From a virus: DNA of 64,000 nt. The position numbers and the translations under genes were made by a program. The stretch is from the IMG/VR virus record IMGVR_UViG_3300032294_002706, positions 1 to 64,000 of that record, one strand, 5' to 3'. The notes under the pieces were generated by a model. The model saw only the letters and a program-made list of their open reading frames with translations, was not told where the DNA came from and searched no databases. Shown here in pieces: positions 39,171-46,788 of the stretch (the stretch's first letter is position 1; each line of letters begins with the position of its first letter).

Positions 39171-41591
39171 ATGAAGGTAATAAAAAGAGATGGCCATAGT
39201 GAAACGCTAAAGCTTGATAAAATCACGAACCGAATTAAAAAACAAACATACGGATTAAATACTGACTACGTTGACGCCCTAGAGGTTGCAACCAAAGTAG
39301 TGTCCGGAATTTACGATGGAATAAGCACGCAGCAACTCGACCTATTAGCGGCAGAAACTGCAGCGGCTTTGACGTATATTCATCCAGATTATTCAATTCT
39401 TGCCGCTAGAATTGCGATAACTCGCTTACACAAAACTACTCATAAATCTTTTAGTGATACGATTGATCACTTATACAATTACATAGATCCAAAGACTGGT
39501 AAGAATGCCTGCATTATCTCAGATGAGACTTATGAAGCTGTTCAAAAGTACAAGAACACACTAAATGAAGCAATCATTCACGATAGAGATCTTAATTTTG
39601 ACTATTTTGGGTTTAAGACTCTTGAAAAAAGTTACCTATTAAAAACTCACGGCCAACCTGCTGAAACTCCTCAGCATCTTTACATGAGAGTTGCCGTTGG
39701 TATTTGGGGAATGGACATTCAAAATGTTTTAAAAACGTATGAATTACTATCCACTCATCAAATGACTCATGCGACTCCAACTCTATTTAATGCTGGAACA
39801 AGAAGACCTCAGCTTTCTTCATGTTTTTTATTAATGATGGATGAGGATTCTATTTCTGGAATCTATAAAACTCTTTCTGATGTTGCTGCCATTTCTCAAA
39901 ATGCTGGAGGTATTGGTATAGCTGTCTCAAACATTAGAGCGACCGGTTCTTACATTAAAGGTACAAATGGTACCTCAAACGGAATCGTTCCAATGTTAAA
40001 GGTTTACAATGAAACTGCTAGATACGTTGATCAAGGTGGTGGAAAACGTAAGGGCTCTTTTGCAGTTTATTTGGAACCATGGCATGATGATGTTGAAGAT
40101 TTTCTTGATCTTAGAAAAAATCACGGTAAGGAAGAGCGCAGAGCAAGAGATCTTTTCTTAGCAATGTGGACTCCTGACTTGTTCATGAAACGCGTTGAAG
40201 AGGATGGAGATTGGACGACTTTCTGCCCAGCCGAAATCGACTGTGAACTTTGGGAAATGTACGGAGAAGAATTCGAAAGTAATTATGTTCGCCTTGAAGC
40301 AGAGGGTAAGGGTCGTAGAACCTTTAAAGCTCGTGTACTATGGCAAAAAATTCTAGAGTCTCAAATTGAAACAGGTACGCCATACATTCTTTTTAAGGAT
40401 TCTGCAAATCGCAAATCAAACCAAAAGAACTTAGGCACAATTAAATCTTCTAACTTATGTACGGAGATTATTGAGTACACATCAAAGGATGAACAAGCTG
40501 TTTGTAACTTAGCCTCAATTCCAGTAAATCAATTTGTTGTCTTAGGTAAGAAAGCCGGTAAATTAAGAAAGCCTACTGCTGAATATAATTATAATGCTCT
40601 ATACGAAGTTGCATATCAAACTACGCTTAACTTAAACAAGGTAATTGACGTCAATTTTTATCCAACTCCTGAGACCAAAAACTCTAATCTAAAACACCGT
40701 CCAATTGGAATAGGCGTTCAAGGTTTAGCAGATACGTTTGCTCTAATGGGATTAGAATTTGGAAATGAAGAGTCTAAAAAATTGAATGAGGAAATCCATG
40801 AAACCATTTATTATGCAGCAATGGACGCCTCAATTGACTTAGCTAAAAGAGATGGAGCGTATTCTTCTTATGAAGGTTCTCCATTAAGCACTGGCCAATT
40901 TCAATTCAATTTATGGGGATTTACTGATGAACAATTGTCAGGCCTCTGGGATTGGGCAGCCTTGCGTAAGAAGTTAATGAAACACGGTGCTAGAAATTCC
41001 CTATTGCTTGCTCCAATGCCAACCGCGTCAACTGCTCAAATCATGGGTAATAATGAAGCGTTTGAGGCATTTACCTCAAATATCGGAACTCGTAGAACTT
41101 TAGCTGGTGAATTCATAACCGTCAATAAACATCTAGTTAGAGACCTTGCTGAACTTGGCCTTTGGTCAGATTCAATGAGAAATCGAATCATCGTAGAAAA
41201 AGGATCAATTCAAAATATTCCTAATATCCCGGATGAGCTTAAACTAATTTATAAAACGGTTTGGGAAATATCTCAAAAGACGATCATTGATATGTCAGCT
41301 GACCGAGGTAAATTCATTTGTCAATCTCAGTCCCTTAACCTCTTTTTTAGAGATGTTAATACTGCCAAATTGACCTCAGCTCATTTCCATTCTTGGAAAA
41401 GAGGACTTAAGACCGGCATGTATTACTTAAGAACTGAAGCTGCTACTTCAGCAATTGCTGGACTGGGAGTAGATGCCTCTACTAAATCACAGCCTGTCAT
41501 CCAGATTGCACAAGGAGAGGCTTTGCAGAACGCAAATGATATAGTCTGTTCTCTTGATAACACGGATGAATGCCTAGCTTGCGGGTCATAA
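39171..41591 (+). CDS. nrdA: Ribonucleotide reductase class Ia alpha subunit with ATP cone
   Basis: VIKRDG ATP cone, ATPTLFNAG, QLSSCF, SNLCTEI, PTASTAQI, KTGMYY, C-terminal CLAC. Confidence 0.97.
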   Translation: MKVIKRDGHSETLKLDKITNRIKKQTYGLNTDYVDALEVATKVVSGIYDGISTQQLDLLAAETAAALTYIHPDYSILAARIAITRLHKTTHKSFSDTIDHLYNYIDPKTGKNACIISDETYEAVQKYKNTLNEAIIHDRDLNFDYFGFKTLEKSYLLKTHGQPAETPQHLYMRVAVGIWGMDIQNVLKTYELLSTHQMTHATPTLFNAGTRRPQLSSCFLLMMDEDSISGIYKTLSDVAAISQNAGGIGIAVSNIRATGSYIKGTNGTSNGIVPMLKVYNETARYVDQGGGKRKGSFAVYLEPWHDDVEDFLDLRKNHGKEERRARDLFLAMWTPDLFMKRVEEDGDWTTFCPAEIDCELWEMYGEEFESNYVRLEAEGKGRRTFKARVLWQKILESQIETGTPYILFKDSANRKSNQKNLGTIKSSNLCTEIIEYTSKDEQAVCNLASIPVNQFVVLGKKAGKLRKPTAEYNYNALYEVAYQTTLNLNKVIDVNFYPTPETKNSNLKHRPIGIGVQGLADTFALMGLEFGNEESKKLNEEIHETIYYAAMDASIDLAKRDGAYSSYEGSPLSTGQFQFNLWGFTDEQLSGLWDWAALRKKLMKHGARNSLLLAPMPTASTAQIMGNNEAFEAFTSNIGTRRTLAGEFITVNKHLVRDLAELGLWSDSMRNRIIVEKGSIQNIPNIPDELKLIYKTVWEISQKTIIDMSADRGKFICQSQSLNLFFRDVNTAKLTSAHFHSWKRGLKTGMYYLRTEAATSAIAGLGVDASTKSQPVIQIAQGEALQNANDIVCSLDNTDECLACGS

Positions 41592-41610
41592 TCCAAACTT
41601 AATTTCAATC

Positions 41611-41637
41611 AAATGGGGGCCTTGTGTCCCCATTTTT
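41611..41637 (+). terminator. Rho-independent terminator after nrdA
   Basis: AAATGGGGGC-CTTGT-GTCCCCATTT followed by a T run. Confidence 0.7.
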
Positions 41638-41641
41638 GGTT

Positions 41642-41649
41642 TATAAATA
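41642..41649 (+). promoter_or_regulatory. Late promoter, exact T4 consensus TATAAATA
   Basis: TATAAATA directly after the nrdA terminator, 8 nt before ATG 41658. Confidence 0.7.
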
Positions 41650-41657
41650 ATACTATC

Positions 41658-42212
41658 ATGGAAATACTATCATTTGACAAATTTAAGTTATTATTGGAGG
41701 CTGACGAGGCAGCTCCACCAGCTCCGGAGCCGGCAGCTGAACCTACTCCACCTGCTGATCCATCCGCATCAGCTCCACCGCCACCTATGCCGGACCTAGG
41801 AGGATCTCCAATGCCCGACCCTTTAGCTGGTGCAACATTACCTCCTGATCCAAATGCTCCAGCTCCAACCGCTGGAACCTCAGTATTTAAAGTCGTATTT
41901 TTAGACTCTGAAAAACCATGGCACTCTAAGTATGCTGACGGCGGCGGAGTTAAGAGGTATAAAGAATACGAAATCACTCAAGGCGATCTAGATAAATGGA
42001 TTACCGACTCTAAGTTAGAAGCAAATAAAGACGCTCTTTCTCAAGCTGTGAGCGGTAAAAAACCTATCGAGAAAACTCTATTTGATAAATTAAAAGCAGC
42101 AGCAACTTCAAATAAACTTGGTAAGGACCGTGGCGACGTTGATGTAGATTATGATACTAAGCAAATCCCATCAACCTCTAAACTTGACCTAATTTTCATA
42201 ACAACCAAATGA
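41658..42212 (+). CDS. Pro/Ala-rich hypothetical protein with capsid-targeting-like leader
   Basis: ATG 41658 (MEILSFDKFKLLLEADE) preferred because 41613 lies in the terminator; low-complexity PAPEP linker followed by a globular domain. Confidence 0.7.
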   Translation: MEILSFDKFKLLLEADEAAPPAPEPAAEPTPPADPSASAPPPPMPDLGGSPMPDPLAGATLPPDPNAPAPTAGTSVFKVVFLDSEKPWHSKYADGGGVKRYKEYEITQGDLDKWITDSKLEANKDALSQAVSGKKPIEKTLFDKLKAAATSNKLGKDRGDVDVDYDTKQIPSTSKLDLIFITTK

Positions 42213-42934
42213 TAAAGCGTTTTAAAAACTTCATATATGAATCAAAGTTTGATTCTCTTTCACTTACTATTGCTCATGATCTATTTGCAATCGTGAAAAA
42301 TACTGCAGGTACCAAACCTGGTAAAGCAGTTCATCGGGAACTAACTTATTCGGAGCCTCTAGAGTTTAGTCTAAATTTTATTGTTAAAAGAGTCGTTCAA
42401 TTTAATCCAAGGAAATCTACTCATTTTAAAACTCTACCTTGGGAAGTTTTGAATTTTGAAGATAATGGCTTTGCGCTAGATGCAAATGCATACATTCCAA
42501 AAGTGTCAGATTACGAGGATCCTGAACTCGAATTAGTTCTCTACATTAGCCCAGATGCTGAACCTGTAAGTTATGAGACACTTAGCCATAAACTAGTTGA
42601 ATACGTTAGGCACGAAATCGAACATCTACTTCAAACTGGACTCAACCGTCGAGTTGGCCACATAATTAAAACTCCAAATAAGGTTAGATCAAAGGCGGAA
42701 ACTTCGTATAAGTACTTTTTATTAGCTGACGAAATTCCAGCAATGGTTGCTGGAATGCATGCAGCGGCAGTCAGAAAGAGAATTCCACTAGATCAAGAAT
42801 TCGAAATTTATTTAAAGCCTTTTCTTAAGTCAGGTTTAATAAATGACGAAGAATTCAATAAGGTCATTAAAACCTGGATAAAATTTGCAAATCAGGTTTA
42901 CCCAGATGCTAAATTTTCTAACAAAGTTTATTAA
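42209..42934 (+). CDS. Putative HExxH zinc metallopeptidase-like protein with capsid-targeting-like leader
   Basis: RHEIEHLLQ plus downstream Y...DEIPA candidate third ligand; N-terminus MIKRFKNFIYES; ATGA overlap with the upstream gene. Confidence 0.6.
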   Translation: MIKRFKNFIYESKFDSLSLTIAHDLFAIVKNTAGTKPGKAVHRELTYSEPLEFSLNFIVKRVVQFNPRKSTHFKTLPWEVLNFEDNGFALDANAYIPKVSDYEDPELELVLYISPDAEPVSYETLSHKLVEYVRHEIEHLLQTGLNRRVGHIIKTPNKVRSKAETSYKYFLLADEIPAMVAGMHAAAVRKRIPLDQEFEIYLKPFLKSGLINDEEFNKVIKTWIKFANQVYPDAKFSNKVY

Positions 42935-42940
42935 TATTTA

Positions 42941-42967
42941 AAACCTGGTGAAATTTTACTATATAAG
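42941..42967 (+). promoter_or_regulatory. Putative early/middle promoter AAAC-N16-ATATAAG
   Basis: Same spacing as the other copies; upstream of the monocistronic Hc1-like gene. Confidence 0.6.
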
Positions 42968-42988
42968 ATACAAAAAATCTTTGAAATT

Positions 42989-43180
42989 ATGACACCACAA
43001 TGGTTAACTGAATTAAAAGAAGCAGTTTCTCAACTTGAAAATGAAACTGTGAAGTTCTACGAAAAGGGTAATAAATCTGCTGGAACTAGAACTCGTAAAC
43101 TTTTGCAAGATATTAAAGCAGTTTGTCAAGCCGGCAGAACTCACGTTCAAGAAGCAAAGACTAACGAGCCAAACGCTTAA
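42989..43180 (+). CDS. Histone H1-like (Hc1-family) small DNA-binding protein
   Basis: KFYEKGNKSAGTRTRKLLQDIK matches the GNxxAGTRxRK signature of Bacteroidota/Chlamydia Hc1-type proteins; has its own promoter and terminator. Confidence 0.8.
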   Translation: MTPQWLTELKEAVSQLENETVKFYEKGNKSAGTRTRKLLQDIKAVCQAGRTHVQEAKTNEPNA

Positions 43181-43204
43181 TCTCTTAATAAAAAGTTCAC
43201 ATTA

Positions 43205-43238
43205 AAGGGCGAGTCTAAAAAACTCGCCCTTATTTTTT
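43205..43238 (+). terminator. Rho-independent terminator
   Basis: AAGGGCGAGT-CTAAAAA-ACTCGCCCTT followed by ATTTTTT. Confidence 0.85.
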
Positions 43239-43239
43239 G

Positions 43240-43266
43240 AAACTACTTACGGTTTTTTAGTACAAT
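43240..43266 (+). promoter_or_regulatory. Putative early/middle promoter AAAC-N16-GTACAAT
   Basis: Directly after the terminator, upstream of the gp32-like gene. Confidence 0.65.
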
Positions 43267-43292
43267 TTTATAAATTAAAATCATTTTTGAAC

Positions 43293-44345
43293 ATGGAAGA
43301 TCTATTCAATCTCAATCTCGATGATTTCTCAGGAAAATCATCATCCGCTGCTCGTAAAGTCGACGAGAACATGTACAATCCCGGTCCAGACCAAGGTCAG
43401 AACGGTATTTACAAATCGGTAATTCGTTTTATCCCATGGGTAACGGATCCGTCTAAAAGCCGCTATAAGAAGTACGCTGCTAAACTTACCAACCCTCTAA
43501 CCAATGAGAAATTGTATGTGGACTGCCCTTCAACTACGGGAGCTTCATCAATTCTTTGGACTTTAGATCTAGAGTTGAAACGTTTGAAAACTGAGGAACC
43601 TCAAATCGTTGAGGAAATCCAAAAATACTTCAATCGTTATTACAACTACTACTCTTGCGTTTACATCAAGAAAGATCCTCAGTTCCCTAACTTAGAAGGT
43701 CAAATCAAAGTGTACTCATACGGTTACACAATTGATAACTTGATTCAACAAGAAATCAATCCAGAATCTGAATTAGTAACGACTCAAAAAATCAATCCAT
43801 TCTCACTTACTCAAGGTAAGGATTTTGTATTGGTTATTAAGCGCAAAACTAAAGCATGGAGAGATTTCAGCTCAAGTAAATTCATGAACGAAGTTAGCCC
43901 ATTGATCATTACTCATGGAGGAAAAGAAATTCCAGTTTCTACCGATCCTAAAGTAATGCAATTCACTAGCGAATACTTTAAAAAGAATTCGCCAGACATG
44001 AGCCAATACTTCTTAAAAGAATGGACTGACTCTGAGTATGAAAAGGTTGCAGACTACATTAAAGCAATCGTTCCTTACAAGCAAATCATTGATAACTTGG
44101 TTTCAAATACAAAGGACGAGAGAATGAAGAAGCACTTCACCAACTCAAAACCAGTAAATCGTTCTCAAGCTCCAATGGGAGAAGATATTGAATTTTCTCC
44201 AGCACCTGCTTCAAAATCAAGTGCAATGTCAATTGATCTTGATGACGATTTCACAAGTGAACCTGCTCCAGCTGCAAAAGCTTCGCCGGCTAAATCAGCT
44301 CCAGCTAAATCTGATGATCTAGACGATTTATTCGCAGACCTATAA
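43293..44345 (+). CDS. gp32: Single-stranded DNA-binding protein (T4 gp32-like)
   Basis: SVIRFIP, DCPST, EGQIKVYSYG, NPFSLTQGKDFVL motifs and acidic tail DDLDDLFADL; ATG 43293 (alternative TTG 43287). Confidence 0.85.
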   Translation: MEDLFNLNLDDFSGKSSSAARKVDENMYNPGPDQGQNGIYKSVIRFIPWVTDPSKSRYKKYAAKLTNPLTNEKLYVDCPSTTGASSILWTLDLELKRLKTEEPQIVEEIQKYFNRYYNYYSCVYIKKDPQFPNLEGQIKVYSYGYTIDNLIQQEINPESELVTTQKINPFSLTQGKDFVLVIKRKTKAWRDFSSSKFMNEVSPLIITHGGKEIPVSTDPKVMQFTSEYFKKNSPDMSQYFLKEWTDSEYEKVADYIKAIVPYKQIIDNLVSNTKDERMKKHFTNSKPVNRSQAPMGEDIEFSPAPASKSSAMSIDLDDDFTSEPAPAAKASPAKSAPAKSDDLDDLFADL

Positions 44346-44360
44346 AAATATCCAAATAAC

Positions 44361-44651
44361 ATGGAAAATAATAAAAACGATAATTCAGAAATCGCTAACC
44401 CAGTTGAAACTCCTCAAGCTGAGGCTCAGCAACCAATTGCAACTCTGCTATCTTCAATAAGTTACACTGACCAAGCAGATTACGAAAAATTCTTGGCAAA
44501 TTTAACTCCTGAACATGCAGTATTGGTGTTAGTTTCATCAGCTAATCACTGTCAAGCAAAAGGTGTATTTAACTTGGATGAAGCCGAGTTAATCGCAAAG
44601 GCTATTAAAACGTTGAGCAAACCTCAACCTAATGTAGAACAATCTAAATAA
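44361..44651 (+). CDS. Hypothetical protein
   Basis: 96 aa ORF packed between gp32 and RNase H. Confidence 0.7.
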   Translation: MENNKNDNSEIANPVETPQAEAQQPIATLLSSISYTDQADYEKFLANLTPEHAVLVLVSSANHCQAKGVFNLDEAELIAKAIKTLSKPQPNVEQSK

Positions 44652-44658
44652 AACTAAC

Positions 44659-45768
44659 ATGAATTTAATCATTGATGGAAATGCCTTTCTTAACGTAGCA
44701 GTTAGCATAGCCAAGAATATCTTAGCTAATGACAAACGAGTGGGCGAAAAGTATTACGTCTCTGATCTGTTGAATGACGATAAATTCATGCTTAAACAGG
44801 CAAGTAAGGATACTTTCAGGGCTTTTTCAGTAAACTACCTTGGAAGTATTCTTGCTCCGTTTAAGGAAAATATCAGTTCTGTATTTTTTGTATTCGACTC
44901 TAAAAGTTGGAGAAAGAAATACATCAAGGAACACTTTGAGGCTCACGGCGACGGAGATTTCTCTTACAAAGGACAACGTAAGTATGACGATAAAATTTAT
45001 CTCTTTTTTGAATACTTCCAAACAGAAATCTTAAACACAATTTCTGAAGAATACGGAATTGTTGTTAACCGGGTTCCTGGAGCGGAAGGTGATGATTTAA
45101 TTGCATACATTTGCGAAAATCTAAGAGAAGATATTTGTATTTGGTCAGTCGACAAGGATTTAACACAGTTGCTTGAAAGCAACAAGCGTAAAGTAATCCT
45201 AATAATGCCAAAGCAGATGACTAAGTACAAAAAGATCTACACTACTGAAGATTTTGGTCAGGTCCAAGAGGCTGAGATTGATCTATTCAATTTTAACATT
45301 GAATCAATCGATAATTCAGCAATAGTTAACATAATTAACGATTTGACCCAAAAAGATTATAAACATCTAACGGTTGATCCAACACTAGACATTCTAACTA
45401 AATGTTTAGGTGGAGATTCCTCAGATAATATTCCAAGAGTTCATCCAAAAATGACTCCAGCTAAGGTAACTAAGATCATTGATTACTTACGTGAATCGTA
45501 TAACTGGAAAGAGATCACTCCTCTAATTGATTCAGGTGATCAAGGTTTCATTGATATTTTACGTGAAGTTACATGTGAAGTTCTAAAGATAAAGGAACCT
45601 GGTGAATGGCAGACGATCGAGAATAACCTTAATCGTAATAAGACACTAATTCGTTTAAGCACTGCAGTTTTTCCAACTGACGTATTAGAATCGATCAAGC
45701 AAAGCGTTGACTTAACAGTAAGACGTAAGTTTAATTATTACAAATTTAAAAAAAATTATAAGAACTAA
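44659..45768 (+). CDS. rnh: RNase H / 5'-3' exonuclease (T4 Rnh-like)
   Basis: LIIDGN, FDSKSWRK, YKGQR, AEGDD, SVDKDLTQL and GDSSDNIP motifs. Confidence 0.88.
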   Translation: MNLIIDGNAFLNVAVSIAKNILANDKRVGEKYYVSDLLNDDKFMLKQASKDTFRAFSVNYLGSILAPFKENISSVFFVFDSKSWRKKYIKEHFEAHGDGDFSYKGQRKYDDKIYLFFEYFQTEILNTISEEYGIVVNRVPGAEGDDLIAYICENLREDICIWSVDKDLTQLLESNKRKVILIMPKQMTKYKKIYTTEDFGQVQEAEIDLFNFNIESIDNSAIVNIINDLTQKDYKHLTVDPTLDILTKCLGGDSSDNIPRVHPKMTPAKVTKIIDYLRESYNWKEITPLIDSGDQGFIDILREVTCEVLKIKEPGEWQTIENNLNRNKTLIRLSTAVFPTDVLESIKQSVDLTVRRKFNYYKFKKNYKN

Positions 45769-46100
45769 TGAGCATAGACGTTCAACAAGGATTTATTCCA
45801 CTATTCGAAAGACTCTTAATTCTACCGGATAGCGTAGAAGTAAAAACTGAGACCGGCATTCTACTTTCAGTAGATGCACGCAAACGTCCCAATACTGGCA
45901 AAGTCGTTGGCCTAGGTCACCTAGTCGCAGACAACTCAAAATGTCCAGTTAAAGTTGGTGATAGAGTTCTTTACCAAAGATACTCAGGACTTGACGTAAA
46001 ATGGGATAGTCAAAACTATCATCTAGTAATGGCAAACGATCTCTTAGCCATAATCAATAAGGATCAAGAAACACAATTTGAATTAAATGAGCAATCTTAA
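45768..46100 (+). CDS. groES: Co-chaperonin GroES
   Basis: PLFERLLI, KTETGILL, GKVVGLG, VKVGDRVLY, DLLAII. Confidence 0.9.
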   Translation: MSIDVQQGFIPLFERLLILPDSVEVKTETGILLSVDARKRPNTGKVVGLGHLVADNSKCPVKVGDRVLYQRYSGLDVKWDSQNYHLVMANDLLAIINKDQETQFELNEQS

Positions 46101-46686
46101 AAGTTTCACGCAATTCGTGAACGAAGAAAAATCAAACGACTTTAGGATCTTTTGTGATCTTGACGGAGTCCTAGTTGATTTTAATAGAGGATTCATTGAG
46201 CTTGCCAGTAATACTGAAAAACTTTCGCCAAAAGCCTATGAAAAGGCTCACGGTAAAGATTCGCTATGGCCGCTAATCGATGAATTGGGAGAATCCTTCT
46301 GGGAAAATCTACAATGGATGAAGGACGGTAGAGAACTATGGGATTATCTTAAGAGATATGATCCAATAATTCTGTCTTCTCCAAGTAAACACCCAGGCTG
46401 TTTTACCGGAAAGGCTAAATGGGTAAAGCTTCATTTAGGAATTGACCAAGATCCAGTAACAGACCCTCAAAATTTTACAAAGGACACCCGATTTATCTTA
46501 GCTAATCGCAAGCACGATTACGTTGAGCCTGCAAAAACTCTATTTAAAAAGAAACCTCTGTTAATCGATGATTTCAATAAAAAACTAGAAAAATGGACTA
46601 ATGCTGGAGGAATTGGAGTTTTACATAACGATTCGACTGATACAATTCGAGTGGTTGAGGAAATTCTAGGCCCAGCTGAAGACTAA
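46087..46686 (+). CDS. HAD-family 5'(3')-deoxyribonucleotidase-like protein with capsid-targeting-like leader
   Basis: DLDGVLVDF, ILSSP, K..W and LIDD motifs; N-terminus MSNLKSFTQFVNEE. Confidence 0.8.
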   Translation: MSNLKSFTQFVNEEKSNDFRIFCDLDGVLVDFNRGFIELASNTEKLSPKAYEKAHGKDSLWPLIDELGESFWENLQWMKDGRELWDYLKRYDPIILSSPSKHPGCFTGKAKWVKLHLGIDQDPVTDPQNFTKDTRFILANRKHDYVEPAKTLFKKKPLLIDDFNKKLEKWTNAGGIGVLHNDSTDTIRVVEEILGPAED

Positions 46687-46687
46687 A

Positions 46688-46734
46688 GTTCTCGGACTTA
46701 AACCGAGTGGTGGAACGCTGACCAACCGGTCGGC
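46688..46734 (+). ncRNA. Candidate small structured RNA element (two GC-rich hairpins); family not recognised
   Basis: CTCGG-ACTTAAA-CCGAG hairpin extendable by GTTC/GAAC, then GCTGACC-AACC-GGTCGGC, followed by a separate terminator. Confidence 0.3.
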
Positions 46735-46740
46735 CTAAAT

Positions 46741-46769
46741 AAAAAAGGACTCGAATGAGTCCTTTTTTT
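46741..46769. terminator. Bidirectional rho-independent terminator
   Basis: AAAAAAGGACTC-GAAT-GAGTCCTTTTTT between convergent genes. Confidence 0.9.
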
Positions 46770-46788
46770 ATTAAGTAGTGTGTGTCTT

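Noticed and set aside
38184-41591. Introns or inteins in nrdB/nrdA (also checked by length and motif continuity in uvsX and the helicase)
   Set aside because: ORFs are contiguous and of normal length, with no homing-endonuclease or splice-junction motifs seen.
30705-41591. Cellular origin of the window because of groEL, S1-like and nrdAB
   Set aside because: These genes are interleaved with gp55, gp32, gp18, UvsX, gp41 and gp46/47 and share the phage promoter motif.
41609-41977. Minus-strand Gly/Ala-rich ORF and other short antisense ORFs in the track
   Set aside because: They overlap well-supported genes on the opposite strand and lack independent signals.
46688-46734. tRNA-Leu(UAA)
   Set aside because: Only an anticodon-arm-like hairpin; no acceptor stem, T-arm or D-arm in the right order.
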